Source: Octopus sinensis
Taxonomy: Eukaryota
NCBI RefSeq assembly: GCF_006345805.1
Contig: NC_043008.1
Coordinates: forward strand, 66,278,001 to 66,342,000
Direction of reading: 5' to 3'
Length of the DNA: 64,000 bases
Shown here: piece after piece, positions 48,780 to 60,551 of the stretch
Layout of the letters: each line of letters opens with the position of its first letter
How positions within the stretch are numbered: position 1 is the first letter of the stretch
Position numbers and translations under genes: made by a program
Notes under the pieces: generated by a model
Told to the model about the DNA's origin: nothing
What the model saw: only the letters and a program-made list of their open reading frames with translations
Database searches by the model: none

Positions 48780-49300
48780 GTATATGTTGCTGGGAAAGCA
48801 TTAAAAATTGTTTCCTCCTTCACTTACCTTGGTTCCATTGTGTCTAATGATGCTAAGATGGACAAAGAAATTGAATCCAGAATCAGGAAGGCTAGCTTCA
48901 CTTTTGGTAAAGCTTATCACAGGCTTTGGAACAGCCAAGACATATCATTGAAAGTGAAAGTTGATGTAGGTGAAAGTCAGTTGCTTTATGGTGCTGGATC
49001 TTGGACTCTGTACTGAAACCACATCAACCAGCTCGATGCTTTTTATATGCAGTGCTTGCATACTATCTCCAACATAAAACTGAGTTACTATATTTATAAC
49101 AGTGAGGTACTAACAAAATGCAACATATAAGGTATTGAAGCCATCCTCATCAAAATAAGCCTTTGATGGTCAGGGTATCTCTTACGTATGAGTGATATCA
49201 GAATTCCAAATCAACTTCTCTTTGGCCTATTCCCAAAATGAACGTCACTGGAAGGCCACTCTTGCACTTCAAAGACAAACTAAGACAATTTGAAATGATG
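48780..49300 (+). pseudogene. RTE (BovB-like) RT C-terminal region
   Basis: VSSFTYLGSIVSNDAKMDKEIESRIRKASFTFG...LLYGAGSWTLY...L.WSGYLLRMSDIRIPNQLLFG, with stops. Confidence 0.85.
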
Positions 49301-50129
49301 TAACATTCCCTTTTCTTCCTGGGAAAACAAAGCATCAAAATGCAGGACATGGTGCCAGTCCCACTTCTCCTCAGTTCAAAGATTTGAGCAAAGTTAACTC
49401 CAGTATCAGGACCAACTTCAAGCAAGCATGAAGGCATGCTGGCAAAATGCTGCTTCTCTAACTTACGAAGCCAAACATTGTCACTTGATATTAAAACACA
49501 GACATAGCGGGGAACCTACAAAAATTTCTACAACCCATCATGTGGCTATCCTCTACCAATCAAGTCCTATTCAAAACATACTAATTTGAGCTATGAACTC
49601 CCTGTAAAAATAAGGCAATCTTCAAACACTAGTCAGAAGCAAGACAGGAACCCCCTTCGGTCACGACACAGACCATGGGATTGCACCTAGAAAGTTACCC
49701 TCCTAGACACAAGTCCGGGCGAGATTGTTTATGGAAGATCAGCAGTCGCCCATACATACCAGCCTCCCCTCTCCACACCACCAGTGTTATCCAAGGGAAA
49801 GACAAAGGTCGATACAGCTTGGCACCAGTGACGTCGCAACTCATTTCTACAGCTCAGTGAACTGGAGCAACGTGAAATAAAGTGCCTTGCTCAAGAACAC
49901 CTCACACAGCCCGGTCCGGGATTCGAGCTCACAGCCTCACGATCGTAAGCTCGATGCTCTAACCACTGAGCCATGCAAGACAACTGTGACATAAATCACA
50001 TCTTTCTATTTCAACTTTTTGAAAATCAGTGTAAACTGTGAAACTGGTTAAAACTTTAAATATATCAATAAAAATTATATTTTAACTATTCTCAGTGCAT
50101 TTTCAATTTCTATTTTTCCTATATATATA

Positions 50130-50160
<31 letters not shown>

Positions 50161-50610
50161 TGTGCAGGTGTGACATAGGTGCAGGCATGGATGTGTGGTA
50201 AGAAGCATGCTACCAAACAACATGGTTCTGGGATCAGTTCCACAATGGGCAAGTATCTTCTACTATAGCTTCAGGCCAACCAAAACCTTGCAAGTGAATT
50301 TGGTTGCTTTATAAACAATATCTAACAGATTCTAATTGCTACTGCACTTTTCATTTTCTTTTTTTTTTTTTGTACATTATTTTACTTTCATTCCTTAATA
50401 GTTTTTGTTTTGGAGGGAAACACTTTCATGTTTTACTCTGGAAAGCATTTACGTTCAATAAAGTAAATAATTTGGTTCATATGGAGCCCAGGACATGAAA
50501 AACAAAAGAATGCCTGATCCTAAGATAAGGTGGCCACTGTTGGAAAGCATTTTGATCAGAGCTGACTTGGGAGCAAAATAGCAGCAACTACTACTACTAC
50601 TACTGCTGCA

Positions 50611-50658
<48 letters not shown>

Positions 50659-50665
50659 ACTGCTG

Positions 50666-50698
<33 letters not shown>

Positions 50699-52669
50699 TG
50701 CTTTAGTGAAAGTGCATGGCTTAGTGGTTGGGGTGTTCAGCTCATAATTGTATGACTGTGAGTTTGATTCCTGGCTGCTTCTTGTGTCCTTGAGCAAGAC
50801 ACTTTATTTCACATTGCTCCAGTTCAGCAACCCGGCAAAAGTGAGTAGTACTACCACCTGTAAATTCACAGTGGTAGCCTTGTCACATTCTGTGTCATAC
50901 TGAATCTCCTTGAGAACTACATTAAGGGCATGTGTGACTGTGGAGCATTCAGCCACTTACACGTTTAATTTCATGAGCAGGCCATTCCGTTGATCAAAGC
51001 GACTCAACTGGAGCCCTCGTCGTCATAAGCAACAGAGTGCCAGTTACTGCTATATGCCTGTATGTTCAGCTAGGCTAACTTGACACAAATACTGTAAGCA
51101 TTACATAAACGTATATGTTTACATGTAAATGGGAAATTATGTCACCCATGTTTTATTCCCAGTGGTCCACATGAAACCGAGCAACAACTGTATTTACGGA
51201 TGGAAATTGTGTCAGGTCCCAGAGTAGCAACGGCTTCCTTTACAATGATCTCTGCATTGTGACATTTCATACGAATGCAGAACTAAGTGAAACCAAAACA
51301 GCTTTAACCTTGGATGGAAGCCATATCAGAACTTAACATTTCAGTGGCTTCCCTCTGAATCCAGTGATCAGCAATTAATTTTTTTTCCTAACTGACTACT
51401 TTTTAATTATTATTATTATTATTATTATTTCTCTTTTTACATTTGCTCATGACCTACATGAATATTATATCATATCTTACATATAAAAATGCCCGGCACC
51501 AGCACCACCACCATGTATCCGTCACCATTTCCATTACTGGCAATGTTTATGTAAGCAAAAATTAAACATCATCATCATCATCATTATTATTATCATCAAC
51601 AGCAACAGTGGCAGGAGCAGCAGGATTTTAACATCCATGTCACCATGCTTGTATATGAGTTGGACAAAGCTTATTGAGGTAGCTTTTCTACAGAAAACAT
51701 GCCCTACCTATTACAAACTTACACCTGTTTCCAAGCAAGGTAATATTTCTCCAAGGCCAAATATTTTCATAGAATAATGGAAACAAACAATTCTGCTGGT
51801 ACGACAGAGACACTCATTTAGAACTACCATGTGATGTCAAGAGAAAGAGACACAAGCACACACACACACTCACACAGAATATTTATTTACACACACACAT
51901 ATATATATATATATATATTATATACATGATATGCCTCTTTCAGTTTCTTATTTCTGTACTGCCCACAAGAGGCTACACACAGAGGGGACAAACAAGAACA
52001 GACAAATGGATTAAGTCGATTATATCGACCCCAGTGCATAACTGGTACTTATTTAATCGACCTCCGAAAGGATGAAAGGCAAAGTCGACCTTGGCGGAAT
52101 TTGAACTCAGAATGTAGCAGCAGACGAAATACCACTAAGCATTTCGCCCAGCATGCTAACGTTTCTGCCAGCTCACCACCTTCAGTTTCTATCCACCAAC
52201 TCCACTCACAAAGCTTTGGTTGGCCTGGGTCTATAGTAGAAGATACCTGCCCAAGGTGCCACACTCTGAAACCATGTGCATAGGAAGCAAACTTATTAAC
52301 TACAGTGTAGTGCTGACACCTATCTTGATAGCCCACAAATGCATTCAATACTTGAAAAACTTTTAGGAAAGGTCTGAGGCCCACATGTAAGTTGTGGCCC
52401 ATCTGATTGCCAGCCACTGCTCTTACGCTGTAAGTGATGGAACTGAAGAACTAAGTGAAACCAAATCGGTTTTGTTTGTGATAAAACAGCAGAACATAGA
52501 TGGAATGATTTCTAATCCTTCTACAAGTATTCAAACCAATTGCAAAACTGAGTGTCTGGATAGTACTCTTTTTTTTAGTAATAGAAACTTTAGACTTCTC
52601 AGATGGAAAAAGAAGGTGAAAGTGGTCTCATGGACAAAATTTGAATGCAATGAAATAAGCCATGATTAA

Positions 52670-52891
52670 CAGTTTCATTAGCAACCCGGCCAAAACTGGC
52701 TCTGGCTCTGTAGTACAAATGTCTTGTTTTCATAAGTTTTGAATTAAAATCTTCCACCAAAACTTAGTCACAATTAATGTTCCTAACACTAGCTTAATGA
52801 TAACTAAGTTATTTTACTAAATTCTTTGTTATATTTAGAATTAATTGAAAGAAACACAGAACATCTCAAAATAAATACGGTAACAAAAGGG
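52670..52891. mobile_element. piggyBac-type MITE (degenerate left TIR)
   Basis: TTAA on both sides and right end GGTAACAAAAGGG-TTAA. Similar AAAGGG-TTAA ends at ~29617 and ~53434 suggest partial relatives. Confidence 0.55.
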
Positions 52892-53959
52892 TTAAGCAGA
52901 AAAATAGATTGTCTTTTATATTTGCAGTTAATCATTTTCTCATCTGTTAATATTCATTATGTTTGGGTAGTTAATAGCTGTTTGCTCATGTTAAGAAGGA
53001 ATGTAGTCAACACATTGATGGATTTGTCTTTAATTGTTTCTAATTTAGGTACAAGTCCAGCAGTTTTAGAGGTAGAGGAGTTAGTTGATACCATCACCCT
53101 CAACGGAAGGCAAAATTGAGCTCAAGGAAATTTGAAATCTGAATGTGGTTACAGGTTCAGTTCCACTGTGTGGTACCTTGGGCCTAGGTCTTCTGGCTGC
53201 ATCATCACTATTTTCCTCAACTGGTGATTATTGGAAAATAACTTGTGTCTTCCTGCAATTGATGGTGAATCCAACCCAAACATTCTTCCTGACCAAATCC
53301 AACCTCTCACACCTCTCATTCTACTAAATCATTCTAAAGATAAACAACCAAGTCATCAAAATCTCAAAGCTATAAGATATGATATGATTAAGTCAACAAA
53401 AATGTGAATTAAAAAGCATTATGCTAAAGGGTTAATCCAAGTAATGGATTAAGCTTATCCCTCAAAAATTTGACAGGTTACTTACAATTAATCACAAATC
53501 CAATTTTCCTTTAGAAGGTTTTAGTCAACTCAAAGCTATACTTGAAAATACTTGTCCAATAATGCCACCCACAATGATTGAACCTGAAACCACAGGCTTG
53601 TGAAACAAACTCCTTAACCACACAGCCATATTTATTATTTTATTGTTAACAGACCATCCCAAGTTTCTTGAATCTACCTTTTATTTTTCCATCTTTTACT
53701 TATTTCAGTCATTAGACTACAGCCATACTGGGACACTGCCTTGAAGACCTTTCAATAGAATTAATTGACCCCAGTGCTTATTTTTCTTTTAGCACACATA
53801 CACATACATGCATGCACACACATATATCCTTTAAGTTCGTTTACGAGAAACGTTTTGAATATTCAAATAAAAGTTCCTATTCTTGATAACGCCAACTGGT
53901 GATACCAGTTTTCTGGGATCACACTGAACTGTGCTGATTTAATGTAGGATATATATATA

Positions 53960-54590
53960 TTAACTAGCGTCACCTTACTGGCACTTGTGCTGGTGTCATG
54001 TGAAAAAACATTTGAGTGAGGTCGTTGCCAGTGCCGCTGGACTGGCTCCTGTGCAGGTGGTACGTAAAATACACCACTTGAGTGTGGCTGTTGCCAGTAC
54101 CGCCTGACTGGCCCTTGTGCCAGTGGCATGTAAAAGCACCCACTACACTCTCAGAGTGGTTGGCGTTAGGAAAGGCATCCAGCTGTAGAAACTCTGGCAG
54201 ATCAAGATTGGAGCCTGGTGCAGCCATCTGGTTTGCCAGTCCTTAGTCAAATCGTCCAACCCATGCTAGCATGGAAAGCGGACGTTAAACGATGATGATG
54301 ATGATGATGATGATCATCATCATCATCATCATCATCGCTTAACGTCCGCTTTCCATGCTAGCATGGGTTGGACGATTTGACTAAGGACTGGCAAACCAGA
54401 TGGCTGCACCAGGCTCCAATCTTGCTAGCATGGAAAGCGGACGTTAAACGATGATGATGATGATCATCATCATCATCATCATCATCGCTTAACGTCCGCT
54501 TTCCATGCTAGCATGGGTTGGACGGTTCAACTGGGGTCTGGGAAGCCCGAAGGCTGCACCAGGCCAGTCAGATCTGGCAGTGTTTCTACA
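53960..54590. mobile_element. Tail-to-tail family C elements with an inverted triplication
   Basis: 54203-54424 is a palindrome with one mismatch plus different tail lengths. A second inner palindrome spans 54423-54513. Confidence 0.85.
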
Positions 54591-57429
54591 GGGAGTAATT
54601 AACAGTCAACAACTGAGGGGTTAAACTTCTTTAGGTCTTTTGTCCCATACTTGTCTCTTATTATGTTTTCGTGTTTTTCACTCGTTGGTGATGTCCTGTA
54701 CTTGATGTATTTTATATTCATTTATACATATATTCGTTTATATATATATATATATATACGAATCTTGTCACATAGATATATGACAGGCTTCTTTGGGTTT
54801 CTGCCAACCAAATCTACTCACAAGGTTTTGGGCAACCCAAGGCTACTGCCCAAGGTGCCACGCAGTGGGACGAAACGCAAACCATGTGATTGGGAAGCAA
54901 ACTTCTTACCACAGGGCCGCGCCTATACCATGTGTACTAGTTTATTAAAGTTTACCTTTTATGTTTTACTTGTTTCAATTATTGAGCTGTAACCATGCCA
55001 AGACATCACCTTAAAGCATCCAAATGAACAAATCGACTCCAATATTAATTTTTAAAGACTAACAGATATTCTATCGGTTTCTTTAGCTTTAACCTCTGGA
55101 TTACAGGAACGTAAACAAACTGGCACCGGTTATCAAGCAGTAGCGTGCACATATATCTGAGTGTGTCTGTACGTTTGTGGCGCACCTACCGCTCAGTAAG
55201 TGTTGGTTTGTTTACATTCCTGTAAGTTAGTAGGTCAGCAAAAGAAATCGATAAAATAAGTACCAGATTTACAAGATAAATATTGGGGTCGATTTGTTTG
55301 AGAGAAAAAAAAAACCTCTTCAAGGCAGTGTCTCAGCATGGTTGCAGTCAAATATGAAAATAATAATCACAATCTACTCTATAGAAAATCTATCGGCAAA
55401 ATTCCATTAAAAATGTTGACATTCATCCGGTACTTCTCCCTCTCTTTCTCTCTGTACGAGGTAAAGCGTGACCGGAGAAACCAACCAACAAACGAACCAG
55501 CCAGCCAGCCACCCAACCGACATTTATATGGGTTATTATCATTATAAAGATAAATAATGAGAAGGCTTCGAAAGTGACCACAATAAGAGGCTGCCATAGT
55601 ATAATAGATAGTATACACGACTATAACGATTCTTGTAATTAATGTTATAATCGTTATAAATGCTTTTTCCGCCTACCCTCGGCGCCTTCACCCGGATATC
55701 ATTATTTTCACGTTCAGAAGGCGAGTAGTACGTTAGAAACCCCTACCCCGCAGACCAGTTATGTGACCTGCAAGATCGTAATCTAACATGCGGGCCATGT
55801 GTGCTGTAACAACAAACCTGCTTTAATACTGCTTCCTAGTCAGTAGTTGTCGTTGTGATCTTTTAAAAAAGTCGGCCGAGCAAGCCGCCAGATCTGAACA
55901 CTTTGATAAAAATCTGCTTCACCATACTTCTCCTGTTGGCCTCTGTTTTTATGAATGAGTGAATGAGGATTTTTTTCTCTCTCCCTCCCCTTCCTTCCTC
56001 CCTCCCCACCGCACCGCCTTCTCTCTTTCCGTCAGACAACAACTGTTACTACTACTACCATGACTACAACAACCAGCACGGAGTGGCAGAGAGGAGTGAA
56101 AACGAAAGAGCCGAAATATACACAGAGAGAGAGGGATTAAACAGAAATATTATAACATAAAGAGAGTGAGAGAAACAGAATGAGAGAGTATGTGTCAGTT
56201 GTTTGACAGAAGCAGGCAGTTCGACATGAGTGTTAGAATGAGATATACAAAGAGTGGGAGCACCGGGTCTCTTCCAATTTACTGAAATTTCTGTTTACAA
56301 AGTGATTCCTTGCTTTATGTTCTCTTCTTCTTAGCTCACTCTGATCAGAGATCATGAGTGGTTTTCAGTTGGACACTCTTCTAATTAGTTAACAATTTAT
56401 TTAGTTTTTATTTAAATTTATATATAAATATATTATATATTCTGTAAATATATATACATGTACATCTGACAACACCAGTAATAAGGTGTTCACTGGTGAA
56501 ATCGTCTTTTTCCTGCTTTAAAATTATTATTGTTATTTTTTACTTTCCACACACGTACCTTTGTCATGGAATTTAAACAAGAACCAGTTGAGAATTATTA
56601 TACCATTGGTGAAAATTTAGGAAGGTTAGTGTTTTTATTATACATTTTTTGATATATTTAAATATTTAACCGCCGTCATGTAGCAGTTATTCTGTTTCTA
56701 TATAACCAATGTGTTGGTAAGCGAAATATTAATATATATATATATTGAAAGAATGTATATATATATATATCTATGTATAATGTTTTCAGCCATTTCAGAT
56801 ACCTGTGTAGGTTTAATATATATATATGCATGTAGAGATACACATACACATATATACATACACACACATGTGTTGAGACGTGTGCATTTATAAACACATA
56901 GATATATTAAAGCAAATATAGACACATAAAGAAAAGCATGTTTTTTTAAAATTTGTTTCAGCCATCAAGGCCAAGGCCATACCGAAGCACCGCCCTCCAG
57001 AATTAAATGTATGTTAGTTTCGGTGTGTATGCTGTACACATGTACACACGTGTGTATGCATTATATATATGAATATATATATATATATATAATGCATACA
57101 CACGTGTATATATATATAATTCTAGGAAACAGCTTATCTATGATTATCAGCTACCTTATACAAACTCCTTCCTCGCTTTTGTCTACTTTTTTTTCCTGAT
57201 ATATATACATATACACCGGTGACTTCATATCATTGTCTCTGTATTTGCAAAATCAACCCCTATCACTGACACCTTAACAACAAGGGGTTAGATAGGGGTC
57301 ATGCTGTAGTTATTGACGACCGCGGGTTGGGGCGTGAAAGGGTTTTTCTTGAAATCACGCCTGGTTCATGTATTATGTGTGTTAAAACTTAACACTACCT
57401 TACTCTGTGTTTTCTATCTGTCTATCCAT

Positions 57430-58405
57430 CTATCTGTATCTATTTGCCTGTCTATGTATGTATGTTTCTATCTATCTATCAAGCTGTCTGTCTTTCTATC
57501 TATCTAATCAATCTGTCTTTCTATCTATCTAATCAATCTGTCTGTCTTTCTATCTATCAATCTTTCTATCTATCTGTCTGTCTATCTTTCTATCTATCTG
57601 TCTGTCTTTCTATCTATCTATCTACTATCTATCTATCTATCTATCACTCTATCTGTCTTTCTTCTATCTATCTATCACTCTATCTGTCTTCTATCTATCT
57701 ATCACTCTATCTGTCTTTCTATCTATCTATCACTCTGTCTGTCTTTCTTTCTATCTATCACTCTATCTGTCTTTCTATCTATCTATCACTCTGTCTGTCT
57801 TTCTTTCTATCTATCACTCTGTCTTTCTTTCTATCTATCTATCAATCTGTCTGTCTTTCTTTCTATCTATCTATCAATCTGTCTGTCTATCTATCTATCT
57901 ATCACTCTATCTGTCTTTCTATCTATCTATCACTCTATCTGTCTTTCTATCTATCTATCAATCTGTCTTCTTTCTATCTATCAATCTGTCTTTCTTTCTA
58001 TCTATCTATCAATCTGTCTTCTTTCTATCTATCTATCAATCTATCTGTCTTTCTATCTATCTATCTTCTATCTATCTGTCTGTCTTCTATCTATCTATCA
58101 CTCTGTCTTTCTTTCTATCTATCTGTCTGTCTTTCTTTCTATCTATCTATCAATCTGTCTGTCTATCTATCTATCTATCACTCTATCTGTCTTTCTATCT
58201 ATCTATCACTCTATCTGTCTTTCTATCTATCTATCACTCTGTCTTCTTTCTATCTATCAATCTGTCTTTCTTTCTATCTATCTATCAATCTGTCTTCTTT
58301 CTATCTATCTATCAATCTATCTGTCTTTCTATCTATCTATCATCTATCTATCTATCTATCTTCTATCTATCTGTCTGTCTATCTTTCTATCTATCTGTCT
58401 GTCTT

Positions 58406-58443
<38 letters not shown>

Positions 58444-58847
58444 ACTCTATCTGTCTTTCTATCTATCTATCACTCTATCTGTCTTTCTATCTATCTATCA
58501 CTCTATCTGTCTTTCTATCTATCTATCACTCTGTCTGTCTTTCTTTCTATCTATCACTCTATCTGTCTTTCTATCTATCTATCACTCTGTCTGTCTTTCT
58601 TTCTATCTATCACTCTCTGTCTTTCTATCTATCTATCAATCTGTCTGTCTTTCTTTCTATCTATCTATCAATCTGTCTGTCTATCTATCTATCTATCACT
58701 CTATCTGTCTTTCTATCTATCTATCACTCTATCTGTCTTTCTATCTATCTATCACTCTGTCTTTCTTTCTATCTATCAATCTGTCTTTCTTTCTATCTAT
58801 CTATCAATCTGTCTTTCTTTCTATCTATCTATCAATCTATCTGTCTT

Positions 58848-58904
<57 letters not shown>

Positions 58905-58910
58905 ATCCAT
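57430..58910. repeat. 1.5-kb compound tetranucleotide satellite (CTAT/CTGT/CTTT) with ~28-bp higher-order units
   Basis: CTATCTATCTATCACTCTATCTGTCTTT-type units recur; this is the source of the spurious 556-aa ORF. Confidence 0.95.
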
Positions 58911-58976
58911 TCATCTATGTACACTATTATATATACACACACTATATGTGTGGGTATATGTTTAAATGCATGTTTG

Positions 58977-59019
<43 letters not shown>

Positions 59020-59169
59020 ATTTCTATATATGTGCATGTTATATGTGTATTGCTATATATGTGTTATGTGTATGTCTATATATGTATATATACACATATG
59101 TCTGTATATTATAGGCATGTAAATGTGTGTGCATGATCTGTTGGAGCTCATTTCTAACATTTCTCTTAC

Positions 59170-59900
59170 CAAAAAATAATGACGATCCTTTTGAATTTTG
59201 GTGGAGGGTGCTAGGTCGATGACATCGACTCCAGTTGTCAACTGGTACTTATTTTTAAGGTAAAGTCGACTTCAGTGGAATCTGAACTCGCTTCGTGAAG
59301 ACAGATGAATTTCTGCTATGCATTATGTCCGGCATACTAATGGTTCTTCCGGCTCAGCACCTTAATAATAATAATCCTTTCTACCATAGGCACAAGACCT
59401 GAAATTTGGGGGACGGGACTTGTCGATTACATCGACCCCAGTACGCAACTGCTACTTATTTCATTGATCCTAAAAGGACGAAAGGCAAAGTCGACCTCAG
59501 CGGAATTTGAACTCCGAACGTAACGGCAGACGAAACACCGCTAAGCATTTCGCCCGGCTTGCTAACGTTTCTGCCAGTAACGGTTTCAAATTTTGCAACA
59601 TGGATAGCGATTGTGAGGGAGGGGACGAGTCTATTACATCGACCCCCACCTCACACAGGTGTACTTATTTAATCGACCCCTAAAGGATGAAAAGGCAAAG
59701 GTCGACCTCGGCGGAATTTGAACTCGGAACATAGCAACGGGCGAAATAGCGCTAAGCATTTCACCCGGCGCGCTAACGTTTCTGCCAGCTCGCCCGCCTT
59801 AACAATAATCCTTTTTTACTATAGGCACAAGGTCTGAACTTTTGGGGACGGAAACCAGTCGATTAAATTGACTCCACTGTGTCACTGGTACTTACTTTAG
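59170..59900 (-). mobile_element. Cluster of 3-4 tandem family B SINEs
   Basis: AAAGTCGACCTC.GCGGAATTTGAACTC recurs at ~59262, ~59487 and ~59697, with (TAA)-rich tails between copies. Confidence 0.88.
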
Positions 59901-60512
59901 TGAAACACTAATAATAATAGTAGTAGTAGTTATTATGCTAATGCCCAAAAGGTTTCTTTCATTCTCACAAAATAAGATTGATGTCAATTTTTAAACTAGT
60001 TGCTAGAGCGGTCTATAAATCAAGTCATAAACTGCTTTTCAATTACTTCACATATAGAGACTAACTACTTGGGTACGCGCGTGTGTATGTATATAAGCAT
60101 ATTAAATACTTCACCTATGTATGTATAGATGTTCATTAAATGCATGTGTACAAAACTCATATATATATATATATATATATGACACACACGCACTACTGGT
60201 TATAATACATTACACACACTGATCATATACAATCAGTTATCCACTAATAGTTTACATCGTAGTTTTTCTTTAAATGCTAGAAATAACAGCCAGGTGTCCC
60301 TCAAATCACGCCCTGCCTAGTTTAACAAAATAAATATTAATAATCAGCGATACATTTCATAATATAGTCCTTGGTGTATTATGTCAGACTAAACTACGAG
60401 TTTCTAATCTCAACTAAACTTCCTTTGAATTAGCCTGATCTGGCGCCTAACAACATGAACTATATATAATACAATACAGAGATCTCGTGCATAAATCCTG
60501 TACCTTGTGTGA

Positions 60513-60551
<39 letters not shown>

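Noticed and set aside
52439-52475. HHR-like CUGAAGA-ACUAAGU-GAAA-CC...GGU-U
   Set aside because: Stem II is only 2-3 bp, stem I is 2 bp and N17 is U, so a chance match is plausible.
57444-59114. 556-aa ORF, the longest in the track
   Set aside because: It is a translation of (CTAT/CTGT/CTTT)n satellite and has no domain content.
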